A DNA stretch of 64,000 nucleotides from Candidatus Hodarchaeota archaeon (GCA_016839815.1 JAEOTM010000069.1:1-64000); one strand, 5' to 3'; counted from the stretch's first letter, positions 50,171-60,200 are shown. Translations and numbers: made by a program. The notes: generated from the letters alone by a model not told the origin.

Positions 50171-51607
50171 ATGGTTACTGAGAATATAACGACCCACCTA
50201 CTTTCGGGGGAAAGACAATCAGAGATGTTTCAAAATCCGCAATCATTAGTTAATGCTACTAATGAGGAATTATTCAGTCTCGAAGCGGATTTTGTACATC
50301 GAGTACAATTAGCAGGAGCTCGAAAACGGTTCGAGTACTTTATTCCAAGAATTAAAGCTTTAAAAAAGCTGGCAGACGAACAGAATATCTCAGAGATTAC
50401 GAGTCTTAATGATCTAGCTCCTATTCTCTTTCAACACACCGTCTACAAAAGCTATCCATTAGCCTTCATTGAGAAGAAGAAGTTTGATAAGCTTACAGCT
50501 TGGTTAGATAAGCTTACTACACACGATTTGTCGACAATTGTGACGAATGAGTGTAATTCTATCGACTCTTGGTTAGAAGCAATCGAAAAGCAGTCCAATA
50601 TTCGAATTGTCCACAGTACGGGTACGAGCGGGAAGTTAAGTTTTCTTCCAAGAAGCGAGAGTGAAATGGACAATTTTAAGCAAGCGTTCTATTTGTTTAT
50701 TGAGGTCCTCACAGGTGTGAATCCCCATACTACACATATGCCTGTTTTCTTCCCAAGTTTTGCTGATGGGAGACAATTAGCCCAAAGGGTACTAAGTCGA
50801 TTTGGCCCAATGTTAGCAGGATCTGAAGGGGAATATCATACTGCAATTCCTGGTTATCTTTCCGCGGACTTCATGTCTCTTGCAGGTAGATTACAAGCAG
50901 CAAAAGCTAAAGGAGAATTAGGAAAACTCCAAATGCTTAAAGCATTGAGCTATAACAAAGGTGAGCTCATCCGATTAAAACGGAATCGTCCGAAATATAT
51001 GGCAGCTTTCTTTGATAATATGATTAGTAATTATCGTGGTCGTCAAGTTTTCATGCTTGGAACGCTCACATCAATGATTGAAGCCGCATTAGAAGGAGAA
51101 AAACAAGGATTGAGTCATGTTTTCGCCCCTAATTCCGCAATAGTAACTGGAGGGGGACTTAAAGGACAAACTGTTCCTGATGACTGGTATGAAAGAATCT
51201 GTACTTTCTATGGTGTCAAAAGTATCAGAGATGGCTATGGAATGACGGAAACAACTGGTTACATGCCTTCTTGTGAACAGAATCACTACCATATCTATCC
51301 ACATTTCATTCCGTTTGTTTTCGACTTGGTTGATGGTCAAGTATTGCCCCGAAAAGGGATTCAAACTGGACGGTTTGGTTTCTATGACCTGCTCACTGAA
51401 AGTTATTGGGGTGGGTTCCTAACAGGTGATGAAGTAACAATTCACTGGGATGAGCAATGCACATGTGGACGCACTGGTCCTTGGCTTGAAAAGAGTATCC
51501 ATCGTATTAGTGAGAAAAATGATGGGGACGACAAAATTAGCTGTGCAGGGAGTCAAGAAGCATATGACTCGTTTATCGACTATTTATTGGATATAGAGGA
51601 AGAGTAA
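50171..51607 (+). CDS. LuxE-like acyl-protein synthetase (ANL adenylating family)
   Basis: STGTSGKLSF, TGGGLKG, YGMTE, GRFGFYD, GGFLTGD, CTCGR, C-terminal KISCAG. Confidence 0.75.
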   Translation: MVTENITTHLLSGERQSEMFQNPQSLVNATNEELFSLEADFVHRVQLAGARKRFEYFIPRIKALKKLADEQNISEITSLNDLAPILFQHTVYKSYPLAFIEKKKFDKLTAWLDKLTTHDLSTIVTNECNSIDSWLEAIEKQSNIRIVHSTGTSGKLSFLPRSESEMDNFKQAFYLFIEVLTGVNPHTTHMPVFFPSFADGRQLAQRVLSRFGPMLAGSEGEYHTAIPGYLSADFMSLAGRLQAAKAKGELGKLQMLKALSYNKGELIRLKRNRPKYMAAFFDNMISNYRGRQVFMLGTLTSMIEAALEGEKQGLSHVFAPNSAIVTGGGLKGQTVPDDWYERICTFYGVKSIRDGYGMTETTGYMPSCEQNHYHIYPHFIPFVFDLVDGQVLPRKGIQTGRFGFYDLLTESYWGGFLTGDEVTIHWDEQCTCGRTGPWLEKSIHRISEKNDGDDKISCAGSQEAYDSFIDYLLDIEEE

Positions 51608-51637
51608 CTTCTTCCATTTCTTTTTGAGGACACTAAC

Positions 51638-53086
51638 ATGCAAACAATTCTTACAAAACCGCTTGAATCTGACATCTTTGAAATTCCAATTATCCTACGA
51701 GGAAAACTAATTCACGATTATTCTGACACTTTTGGTGGAAGGAACGGAGCAAAATTCATTACTCCAAGTGCACGGAAGTATGTAAATCAAATTGCCCTGT
51801 CTGACCCATCAAAAATGAAGGATCTATATGATCTATCCATAGAAGAGATTATCTTGTTTCTTCGCGATTTAGGGCAACGGTTAGTCTTACATGAAAATGA
51901 ACACCTTCAAGCTGCCTACAAACTCGCGTGTGAAGCCTCAGGTTTAACGCCAGAAGTTTTAAATACAACATATCGAACTTTACCGATGTTATTTCTTCCA
52001 TCCAATGTCCGAGAGATGCTTGAAAAGAGGAAAATTCGCAAATATCTGGAATCCTGGGTACCCACCACGATGGAAGATGGACGAACAATATCAATTAGAG
52101 CTTTTGGCTCTCGTACAGTTCATATTATTGCAGGTAACGTACCAACCGTTTCTGCCGCTTCACTGATTAGAGGTTGTAGTACACGTTGTGATACTATTTT
52201 CAAATTACCATCCAACGACCCACTCACAGCAACAGCATTAGTTCAAACAATGATCGATATGGAACCAAATCATCCTCTTACTAAGCATACAAGTGTCCTT
52301 TATTGGAGAGGAGGCGATACAGAATTTGAGGAGCGATTTTACCATCCCGATAATATCGATAAAATTATCGCTTGGGGAGGTTTCAACTCAATCAAACACA
52401 TTAGTCAGTATTTACAGGCTGGACTCGATCTTATCACCTTCGATCCTAAAATCAGTATCTCTATTATTGGAAACGAAGCGTTTCAGAATTTCCAAACTCT
52501 TCAGTTAGCAGCTCAGCGAGCAGCTATTGATGTTGGATCGTTTAATCAAGAGGCCTGTTTAAATTCTCGCATAATGTATGTACAATCTGGAACATCTGAT
52601 GAGGGAATTCAACGTCTGAATTCATTTGGAAAAATGTTGTACTCAGCTCTTGTTAATCTTCCTTCACATGTGTCAACCTCACCTAAAATCTTTGATAAAA
52701 CGCTCAAAGACGATATTGATGGAATACGTCTAGAAGAGGATTTTTATCGAGTATACGGGGGTAAAAATAACGAAGGTGCAGTTATTGTTTCTCAATTTGA
52801 TGAACCAGTAGACTTTTCTCACAGGTTATGCAGTAGAGTCGTTAATCTTGTTCCTATAGATAACGTTGATACTGCAATTCAGTCAGTAAACTCCTATACC
52901 CAAACGGTTGGTATTTTCCCTGAATCATTAAAACTCCAACTACGAAATACCCTACCCCTCTATGGAGTTCAACGAGTAGTTTCCTTAGGATTTGCGGCCA
53001 CAGCTAGTCTAGCAACACCTCAAGATGCGATTGAACCTGTTAGAAGGATGTGCAAATGGATCACTGATGAAAAATCCGTAACGTAA
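51638..53086 (+). CDS. LuxC-like acyl-CoA reductase
   Basis: HIIAGNVP, KLPSNDP, YWRGGD, IAWGG, DPKISIS, NQEACLNSR (catalytic Cys), TQTVG, GVQRVV. Confidence 0.88.
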   Translation: MQTILTKPLESDIFEIPIILRGKLIHDYSDTFGGRNGAKFITPSARKYVNQIALSDPSKMKDLYDLSIEEIILFLRDLGQRLVLHENEHLQAAYKLACEASGLTPEVLNTTYRTLPMLFLPSNVREMLEKRKIRKYLESWVPTTMEDGRTISIRAFGSRTVHIIAGNVPTVSAASLIRGCSTRCDTIFKLPSNDPLTATALVQTMIDMEPNHPLTKHTSVLYWRGGDTEFEERFYHPDNIDKIIAWGGFNSIKHISQYLQAGLDLITFDPKISISIIGNEAFQNFQTLQLAAQRAAIDVGSFNQEACLNSRIMYVQSGTSDEGIQRLNSFGKMLYSALVNLPSHVSTSPKIFDKTLKDDIDGIRLEEDFYRVYGGKNNEGAVIVSQFDEPVDFSHRLCSRVVNLVPIDNVDTAIQSVNSYTQTVGIFPESLKLQLRNTLPLYGVQRVVSLGFAATASLATPQDAIEPVRRMCKWITDEKSVT

Positions 53087-53105
53087 TAAAGTTGGAGGGA
53101 TTCAT

Positions 53106-53420
53106 GTGGATGCCTGTCAACATCAAGTTATAGATCAATCTATAGAAACAACTCTATTCCTATGTGTAGTTTATAAAGACTATTTTCAATCTTGCCCGTC
53201 TAAATGTCCTTATTACAGATCAGGTTCTCCTCTAACGTTTGCTTATCTTTATAGTAAAAATTTTGATTTTGAGTGTACATACTTTCAGAGTTTAGTGCAG
53301 TGTACAGCACACGATAGCCAGTCATTCATTTGTGAACTAACGAAGAAGCCACCTGATTGCCCTAATTGCCCATTAAAACTAGTTTCTAATTCAGGTGTCA
53401 ATTCGGGAGTTAGGTCCTAA
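53106..53420 (+). CDS. Cys-rich small protein (paralog of 27380..27676)
   Basis: GGAGG RBS upstream; same Cys spacing as 27380..27676. Confidence 0.7.
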   Translation: MDACQHQVIDQSIETTLFLCVVYKDYFQSCPSKCPYYRSGSPLTFAYLYSKNFDFECTYFQSLVQCTAHDSQSFICELTKKPPDCPNCPLKLVSNSGVNSGVRS

Positions 53421-53473
53421 TTATTGATGATGCGAATTTTTGTCACTAAAGTATAATTTTTAGGAAGGTTATG

Positions 53474-53497
53474 TTATCAGACCTTTATTTCTGATAA
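53474..53497. promoter_or_regulatory. Palindromic operator-like site TTATCAGA-N8-TCTGATAA
   Basis: Perfect 8-bp arms abutting a TATA-like element about 25 nt before the 53524 start. Confidence 0.5.
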
Positions 53498-53523
53498 ATA
53501 TACGATATCGTTGGGATCAGTTA

Positions 53524-54159
53524 ATGGAACACAATGACGACCTTACAAAGCTTTTAGAAGATTTGGAGGCATCTAGCTCATATATACGAGCCGAAACTAT
53601 TAGAAAAATTGGGAAAATGAAAATCCCAATAACTGATATTCCAATGGAACTGCATTCGAGACTTGTCAAAGCACTTTCTGACCCAGCACCGGAAGTACGG
53701 GCGGAAGTAGTAATGACACTAGCATTTCTTGAAGGAGATATCATAAATCCCCTCCTAGAACCATTATTATCCGATCCTATTGATATCGTTCGTAGTAACA
53801 CAATTTCTGCATTGAGTTATACTCAAGCACCATTGACGGAATTAATATCAGAAAAACTCCTTAATTGCATGAATGAAAAAAGCATTCAAATCAGAGATAG
53901 ATGTGCTAGAGCATTAGGACGATTACGAGTTAGAGGAGCAGAGAAGATTTTATTAGATACTCTAGAGAATGATTCATCACCTGTAGTTAGAACTGGAGCG
54001 GCAGTAGGCCTAGGACAACTAGAATTTTTAGACTCGGAAATACTTGACAAATTGAATAGTCGGTTGGATAATGAAGACTCTGAATTAGTAAAACAGACAA
54101 TAAAAGAAGTTATTTCCATTCATTCCACGAGAAATCCTAAACCTTTAGCTGATTTTTGA
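53524..54159 (+). CDS. HEAT-repeat protein
   Basis: Repeated D-x-x-x-x-VR-x-x-A-x-x-ALG units. Confidence 0.85.
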   Translation: MEHNDDLTKLLEDLEASSSYIRAETIRKIGKMKIPITDIPMELHSRLVKALSDPAPEVRAEVVMTLAFLEGDIINPLLEPLLSDPIDIVRSNTISALSYTQAPLTELISEKLLNCMNEKSIQIRDRCARALGRLRVRGAEKILLDTLENDSSPVVRTGAAVGLGQLEFLDSEILDKLNSRLDNEDSELVKQTIKEVISIHSTRNPKPLADF

Positions 54160-54287
54160 TTCTTGGGTGTTTAAATAGTAGAGACAGGTTAAATAAACGG
54201 ATACCACTCTTCCAGGTTTTTGGGGGAATTTTCCCTCAAAAACCAGCTCTCCCCCTGTTAACTTCAAATAGTTCTAAGAAATACTAG

Positions 54288-55322
54288 TCATTCTCTTGGT
54301 GCGTCGGTTACCCATTTCTCTGGGGAGAACCAGCCATGACTACGTTTTTCTTCAATAAGTTCATCCCGAATATCGGTAAAATAGTAAGTGGTTCCTCCAA
54401 TTGTTTTGATTATGCTTTTGACACCAGGTAATTCCGTTAATTGGGCTTGAATTTTTCCTACTTCAGTATAGGAGGAACAATAGAAGGATAAAAAGAGAAC
54501 AGGCCTATCAGCGGATCGCCATGAACTAAGTGGCCAGAAATTAGGTATGGTATTAATTTCTTGCATGATTTCCTGTTGAATTAAGTAATTTAAAATAGTG
54601 AATTCGCACTGAAACATTGTCAAAGTTTCTTTAGGTGATTTCACAGGATTTATCTGAATGGTTTCCTGAATCAGATGATGATGACGGAGATAATCTAGTC
54701 TCTCGTTGATAACCTCAACCTCAATTTCTATACGTTTGGTAAGCTCTTGTAGGGAAAGTCGGCCTTGTTCTCTTAGATGAGCTAATATAAGCCAATCTTC
54801 CCTCTCAAGTGATACTAGATCTTGAGTCGGATTAGCACTACCTGTATTAACAAGTGGAGTAACAGGATAAAGATGTAGTTCCTCAAAAGCACCATGAAAT
54901 TGCTGAAAATGTTCTGCTAGTTCGATAAAATCTTTCTTATTACTGTATCTTGCATAAGCAAATCCTTCATGAGCAGTTCCTATTGAAATTGATTCAATTG
55001 TAGAATGTATCCCTAGTAATGTTAAGCGATTAAGCTCTAAGGGAGATAGAGATCGGAAAATGATTATTGCATTATGTAGATTGAGGAGTAAAGGATTTAG
55101 AACTACAGTAAACTTTAGAATGGTGTGATTATTAACCAACCGTTGAATTCGTATACCTACGTCTTCAGGAGATAAATTCAAGTTAGAGGCAAGCTGGGAA
55201 AATGAAATACGACAGGATTGTGCTAAACCAAAGAGAATACTTTTATCAAAGACATCCATAATATAAACTTGCCCTGTCCTCTTTTTAACGTCGTTTCTGT
55301 CGTTTTCTGTTCGATATTTCAA
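54288..55322 (-). CDS. Tandem Lrp/AsnC-type wHTH transcription regulator
   Basis: Two HTH units (DKSIL..LAQSCRISFSQLA; DWLILAHLREQGRLSLQEL), each followed by a RAM-like domain. Confidence 0.8.
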   Translation of the reverse strand: MKYRTENDRNDVKKRTGQVYIMDVFDKSILFGLAQSCRISFSQLASNLNLSPEDVGIRIQRLVNNHTILKFTVVLNPLLLNLHNAIIIFRSLSPLELNRLTLLGIHSTIESISIGTAHEGFAYARYSNKKDFIELAEHFQQFHGAFEELHLYPVTPLVNTGSANPTQDLVSLEREDWLILAHLREQGRLSLQELTKRIEIEVEVINERLDYLRHHHLIQETIQINPVKSPKETLTMFQCEFTILNYLIQQEIMQEINTIPNFWPLSSWRSADRPVLFLSFYCSSYTEVGKIQAQLTELPGVKSIIKTIGGTTYYFTDIRDELIEEKRSHGWFSPEKWVTDAPRE

Positions 55323-55335
55323 TTTTACCTTTGGA

Positions 55336-56640
55336 TTAAAAATCTAAATTCTCAATAATTGTAGCTAAACCCTGTCCTCCTCCCACACATGCGTTCGCAA
55401 CCCCATATTTTCCATTCTTATCCTTCAATATACGAGCTAAAGTTCCTGTGAGACGAATCATTGTTGCTCCTAATGGATGACCGATCGCTGTTGATCCTCC
55501 CTTAATATTAACTTTGTCTTCAGGAATATTAAACTTATCCATACAATTCAAGGCTACAATGCAAAACGCTTCATTAATTTCCCAGAAATCAATATCTTCA
55601 GCTGTTAGGTTAGCATGTTCTAGTGCTTTTTGTGTAGCGGGAACAGGTCCCCTTCCCATAACCCTTGGATCAACTCCTGCCCATCCAATTGAGATTATAC
55701 GTGCCATAGCCTCTAAATTTCTTAATTTTGCTTCTTCAGCTTCCATAAGGAGAGCTGTTGTGGCACCTGCATTCAATGGAGATGAATTCCCTGCAGTAAT
55801 AACTCCTTCTCCTGTTCCTTCACGTTCAATATATCCTTCTTTTCCTCCATTTTTATCAAGATAAAATGGAACAGATATTCTACGTAATCCAGCCACTCCT
55901 TCTAATGTAGATTTTCTTGCGGTCATATCTTTTTCTACTAGCATTGGTATATCAGGATTTCCTGCAACGTGCCCTTCTATTGGTATAATTTCTCCTCCGT
56001 TCACTCCATTGGTGAACCATTTCTCCTCTTGACTCTTAATAGTTAAGTTGTGGGACCTTACCCCAAATTTATCTAAATCCTCTTTAGTGAATTTTGGTAT
56101 CTCTTCTTCATATAACCGTTGCGCAGTCTGCAACATATTCATTGAAGTTTCCATATCATATTCAGGGTGATAAAATAAGCTGTTTTCATCCTTATATCTT
56201 TCTATCGCAGGATCTATACCCACTCTTCTTACTCTTGTCATATGTTCGAAGCCTGTAGCTAATGCACACTTAGTATACCCAGTCATTATTTCCATCGCCA
56301 ACATATGAATTCCTGCTCCTGCAGAGGAACATTGTTTATCGATAAAAAACGAGGAAACTTTTTCTGGAAAACCTGCTAAGAAAAGGGGTATCTTCCCACC
56401 ATAAGTCCAATTCTCAAGCACTCCAGAAGCAACACCTACGGAAACCTCTTCAATGTCATGCCTAGAGATCTCCTTATCCGCCAATTTACCATCAAAAAAT
56501 TTTATCAGTAAACGGGCTAGTAACTCATCTCCACGAATTCCCCCAAAGACATCTCGCTCGGGTTGATTTGGTCTCGAACGTGAAAAAGCCGTACGAGCAT
56601 AATCAACCAGCCATACTTCCTTAATTCCCAAATTCATCAT
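55336..56640 (-). CDS. Acetyl-CoA C-acyltransferase (thiolase)
   Basis: KQCSSA, TAGNSSPLNAGA, EINEAF, GHPLGAT, CVGGGQG. Confidence 0.95.
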   Translation of the reverse strand: MMNLGIKEVWLVDYARTAFSRSRPNQPERDVFGGIRGDELLARLLIKFFDGKLADKEISRHDIEEVSVGVASGVLENWTYGGKIPLFLAGFPEKVSSFFIDKQCSSAGAGIHMLAMEIMTGYTKCALATGFEHMTRVRRVGIDPAIERYKDENSLFYHPEYDMETSMNMLQTAQRLYEEEIPKFTKEDLDKFGVRSHNLTIKSQEEKWFTNGVNGGEIIPIEGHVAGNPDIPMLVEKDMTARKSTLEGVAGLRRISVPFYLDKNGGKEGYIEREGTGEGVITAGNSSPLNAGATTALLMEAEEAKLRNLEAMARIISIGWAGVDPRVMGRGPVPATQKALEHANLTAEDIDFWEINEAFCIVALNCMDKFNIPEDKVNIKGGSTAIGHPLGATMIRLTGTLARILKDKNGKYGVANACVGGGQGLATIIENLDF

Positions 56641-57464
56641 TTCCCTTGAAACTCGGGTTTTCTTTTCTCGAGGAATGCCGAAATACCTTCTGCTACATCC
56701 TTACTTTGTGAATTAATTGCGTATCCCATTTGCTCAAATTGTAATCCTATATTAAGTGGTGCTTGAGTTCCGTAGTCAATACTTTTCTTAATAAGGAATA
56801 AGCTGTTGGTAGCAGCATTTCCTAACCATGAAGCCTTTTCGTGAATAAACTCTTCAAATTTCTCATCATCTACTATGTATGAAAGAACGCCCCACTCAAA
56901 CATTGTCTCTGCAGATAAAAGCTCTCCAAAAAACATCATTCTCTTAGCCCTCATCTTGCCAAGGTTTTTTATTAACCGTTGAGTCCCTCCATTTGCGGGA
57001 AAAATTCCTCGTTGGACTTCAGGAAGCCCAAAGATTGAGCGTTTTGAAGCAATTGAAATATCACAAGCTAAGACTAGTTCAAAGCCCCCACCTAATGCAT
57101 AACCATCAATTGCCGCAATAAGTGGTTTATGAAACTCCTCAATCAAATCATAATATTTATGTCTTCTATACATCGCATGACTTTGATGTCTCAGATTATT
57201 TGGATCAAGATCAGCACTCCCTCTATCCGAGAGATCGGCACCAGCAGAAAAAGCAGGTTTCTTTGAATACTCTTTCGTCCCTCTTAAGACAACGCAACGA
57301 ATGCTTGGATCAACTTCAATAGATTCTAACGCTTCAGATATCTCTTTTAATGTTTGGACCTGAAGCGCATTCAACTTATCAGGACGATTGATTGATATGA
57401 CTGCATAGTGACCTTCTTCATTATGCTCAATTCTCACATGTTCATATTTACTCTCTTCAGTCAT
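56637..57464 (-). CDS. Enoyl-CoA hydratase/isomerase
   Basis: NRPDKLNAL, FSAGADL, GYALGGGFEL, GLPEV, GGTQRL, AFLEKRKPEF. Confidence 0.95.
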   Translation of the reverse strand: MTEESKYEHVRIEHNEEGHYAVISINRPDKLNALQVQTLKEISEALESIEVDPSIRCVVLRGTKEYSKKPAFSAGADLSDRGSADLDPNNLRHQSHAMYRRHKYYDLIEEFHKPLIAAIDGYALGGGFELVLACDISIASKRSIFGLPEVQRGIFPANGGTQRLIKNLGKMRAKRMMFFGELLSAETMFEWGVLSYIVDDEKFEEFIHEKASWLGNAATNSLFLIKKSIDYGTQAPLNIGLQFEQMGYAINSQSKDVAEGISAFLEKRKPEFQGK

Positions 57465-57552
57465 TATTCAAACCTCTTCCACGTTGAATTTCTATAAAGG
57501 TTCAAATATTTTATTAGAGAAAGAAGACTTGGAAGAGAGAATCAAACTAAAT

Positions 57553-58737
57553 CTATTCGTTTCCTATCCTTTTCAAAAGAGAATTATCTCGAATCCATTC
57601 ATGGGCACGAAATATCTCTTTGTCGTATTTAACAGATAGATTATCAAGGAATGAGGTTAAATCAGATAGGTTCATTTGTTTTACCAATTCAAAAGGTCCT
57701 GATGGATTATGATAAAACTTTGTCATGCCAATGTCAATATCCTGAATTGTCGCCACCTCTTCTTCGAAAACTTTGACCGCTTCATTGATCTGAACACGCA
57801 TCAGATTCATTATATCATAATTCGCAGGATATGACAAATCGATTATTGGTCTCTTACCTCCTGAACGCCATTTATAGATACCCTCTCCAGTTTTCCTACC
57901 CAACTTATTCTCTTGTACCAACCTTGACACAGTCTTTGTGGGGGAATAATCAGGAGAAAGATTATCTGCTAAAGATTTAGAACTATCATATACAACATCA
58001 AGCCCAATATAATCAAGAAGTTCATAAGGACCCATAACCATCTTTTTGTTTAATGCTACAGCATCGATACTTTCCGGAGTATATTCATTGTTGTCAAGCA
58101 TTAATTGAACCAAAAGCATTGAAGGTGCCATAATTCGATTACAAATAAATCCAGGACTATCTTTGGAAATTATTGGTATTCTATTTCCTGCTTTCACAAA
58201 ATCAAGAGCACGCAGAACCGTCCTTTCAGATGTTTTTTCCCCTCGAATTATTTCAACAACTTCAGCAAGTACGGGTGGTGTAGAGAAATGTACTCCAACA
58301 ACTAATTCTGGTCGATTGGTAAAATTAGCAATATGTGTAATACTCAATGTTGAAGTATTTGATGCTAAGAGAGCATTTCTTGGAGAAAGAATATCTAACT
58401 TCTTAAAAACCTTCTTTTTCAGTTTTATTTGCTCAGGAATGGCTTCAATGCAAAAATCTGCATCTTTAACAGATTCTTCTAGACTTGTAGAAGTTTTAAG
58501 ATTATTGAGAAGTTGTTTATACATTCCTTCAGTTATTACTGCCTTTTCTACAAATTTCCTTAAAGAAGAGTCAATTAACGTCCGTCCCTTACAAACTGCA
58601 GACTCCTCAATATCAACAAGAGAAACCTCGTAACCAGATAAAAGAGCTACCTCTGCAATTCCATGTCCCATCAAACCTGCCCCTATAACCGACACTCGTT
58701 TAATATTATTAGCATCGAAATTAGAATCTTCTTCCAT
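57553..58737 (-). CDS. 3-hydroxyacyl-CoA dehydrogenase
   Basis: GAGLMGHGIA, EAIPE, ASNTSTL, GVHF, PGFICNR, LGRKTGEG. Confidence 0.93.
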   Translation of the reverse strand: MEEDSNFDANNIKRVSVIGAGLMGHGIAEVALLSGYEVSLVDIEESAVCKGRTLIDSSLRKFVEKAVITEGMYKQLLNNLKTSTSLEESVKDADFCIEAIPEQIKLKKKVFKKLDILSPRNALLASNTSTLSITHIANFTNRPELVVGVHFSTPPVLAEVVEIIRGEKTSERTVLRALDFVKAGNRIPIISKDSPGFICNRIMAPSMLLVQLMLDNNEYTPESIDAVALNKKMVMGPYELLDYIGLDVVYDSSKSLADNLSPDYSPTKTVSRLVQENKLGRKTGEGIYKWRSGGKRPIIDLSYPANYDIMNLMRVQINEAVKVFEEEVATIQDIDIGMTKFYHNPSGPFELVKQMNLSDLTSFLDNLSVKYDKEIFRAHEWIRDNSLLKRIGNE

Positions 58738-58972
58738 TATGAATTATCAGCCCTTTTCTTGATGTATTCTTCTCCTAACTCATATTACTATTTATCATAG
58801 GAGGATATTTGAGAAGGATTTACACGATACCGAAGCAATTTCCATACTTTACATAGAAAGATATGCAAAATAAGTACTTGAAGCAAGTAGTAGTAAACGG
58901 AAATATTAAGATACCGCAAAAATAGTGCAAGGAAAAGTAAGAAATCGGATTTGTTAATGAGTTGAAAAAAGA

Positions 58973-60172
58973 ATGATCGATTTAAAGCTATCTGAAGAGC
59001 AGATTATGTTACGTGACAGTGTTAGAGATTATGTTGAGCGAGATGTAGCTCCAAAGATTGATGAGTATGACAAAGCCCAAAAAAGCCTCTATCCCGAAGT
59101 CCTACCCAAGATGGGAGAGTTGGGTATACTTGGGGTTTGCATACCAGAAAAGTACGGTGGTGCGGGTTTTGATTATATTTCACTTGCCCTCGTGTGTGAA
59201 GAGTTAGAGCGAGTCGATACTTCCTTGAGAGTCATTATGTCAGTCCATACGGCTTTAAGTAGTTGTACATTATGGAGGTGGGCATCAAGAGATCAGAAAG
59301 AGAAATATTTAGCTCCACAGGCTCAAGGAAAGAAAATTGGAGCATTTGGATTAACAGAACCGGGGTGTGGATCCGATGTTGCTAATATTCAAACACGAGC
59401 TGTTCGTGAAGGAGATGAATACGTCTTAAATGGAACAAAACAGTGGATCAGTCTTGCAGATGTGGCAGATAGTTTTCTTATTTTCGCACGAGTGGGAAAA
59501 GAAAAGGGGGTTAAAGGAATTGCTAGTTTTATAGTAGATAAAGAATGTCCAGGACTTACGACTACTTCTTTCCATAATAAATTAGGAGTAAGAGCAGGTG
59601 ATACAGGAGAAGTCAGTTTACAGAATGTTAGAATTCCAGCGGAGAAGTTACTTGGGAAAGAAACAGAGGGATTTAAGATTGCAATGACTGCGTTAGATAA
59701 CGGTCGTTATACAGTCGCAGCAGGTGCTCTGGGGTCTATTAGAGCTAGCCTCGAAGCATCAATAAAATATTCTCATGAAAGGAAAGCTTTTGGTCAAGAA
59801 ATCGGAAAATTCCAATTGATCCAAGAGCATCTTGCATATATGCAAGCGGGTTACGATCAATCACAACTTCTTGTATATAAAGCAGGATGGTTAAAAAATC
59901 AAGGAATCGATAATACACGAGAAACAGGTATGGCAAAGTGGCAAGCTACAAATTACGCCTCTGATGCTGCCAATAGAGCAATCCAAATCCATGGAGCAAT
60001 GGGATTCAGTGGTGATTTTCCTTTAGAACGTTATTGGAGAAACGCACGAGCAAATACTATCCTAGAGGGAACCAATGAAATTCAGAAACTCATACAGGGG
60101 TCTTTTATTCTAGGATATCGGAGAAAACCAGACCTTAGGTGCAGTCTACCTTCTTACAAACCTGGAGAATAA
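58973..60172 (+). CDS. Acyl-CoA dehydrogenase
   Basis: GLTEPGCGSD, LNGTKQWI, QIHGAMG, ILEGTNEIQ. Confidence 0.95.
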   Translation: MIDLKLSEEQIMLRDSVRDYVERDVAPKIDEYDKAQKSLYPEVLPKMGELGILGVCIPEKYGGAGFDYISLALVCEELERVDTSLRVIMSVHTALSSCTLWRWASRDQKEKYLAPQAQGKKIGAFGLTEPGCGSDVANIQTRAVREGDEYVLNGTKQWISLADVADSFLIFARVGKEKGVKGIASFIVDKECPGLTTTSFHNKLGVRAGDTGEVSLQNVRIPAEKLLGKETEGFKIAMTALDNGRYTVAAGALGSIRASLEASIKYSHERKAFGQEIGKFQLIQEHLAYMQAGYDQSQLLVYKAGWLKNQGIDNTRETGMAKWQATNYASDAANRAIQIHGAMGFSGDFPLERYWRNARANTILEGTNEIQKLIQGSFILGYRRKPDLRCSLPSYKPGE

Positions 60173-60200
60173 GCAACCCAAGAGACTTAATCTTCAAGAT

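Noticed and set aside
50171-53086. Bioluminescence (lux) operon aiding photoreactivation
   Set aside because: No luxA/luxB/luxD or photolyase is in the window, and luxCE-like pairs occur in non-luminous organisms.
25572-53420. Integrated conjugative element or provirus
   Set aside because: No integrase, relaxase, primase, capsid or terminase gene, flanking tRNA or att direct repeats were recognised.
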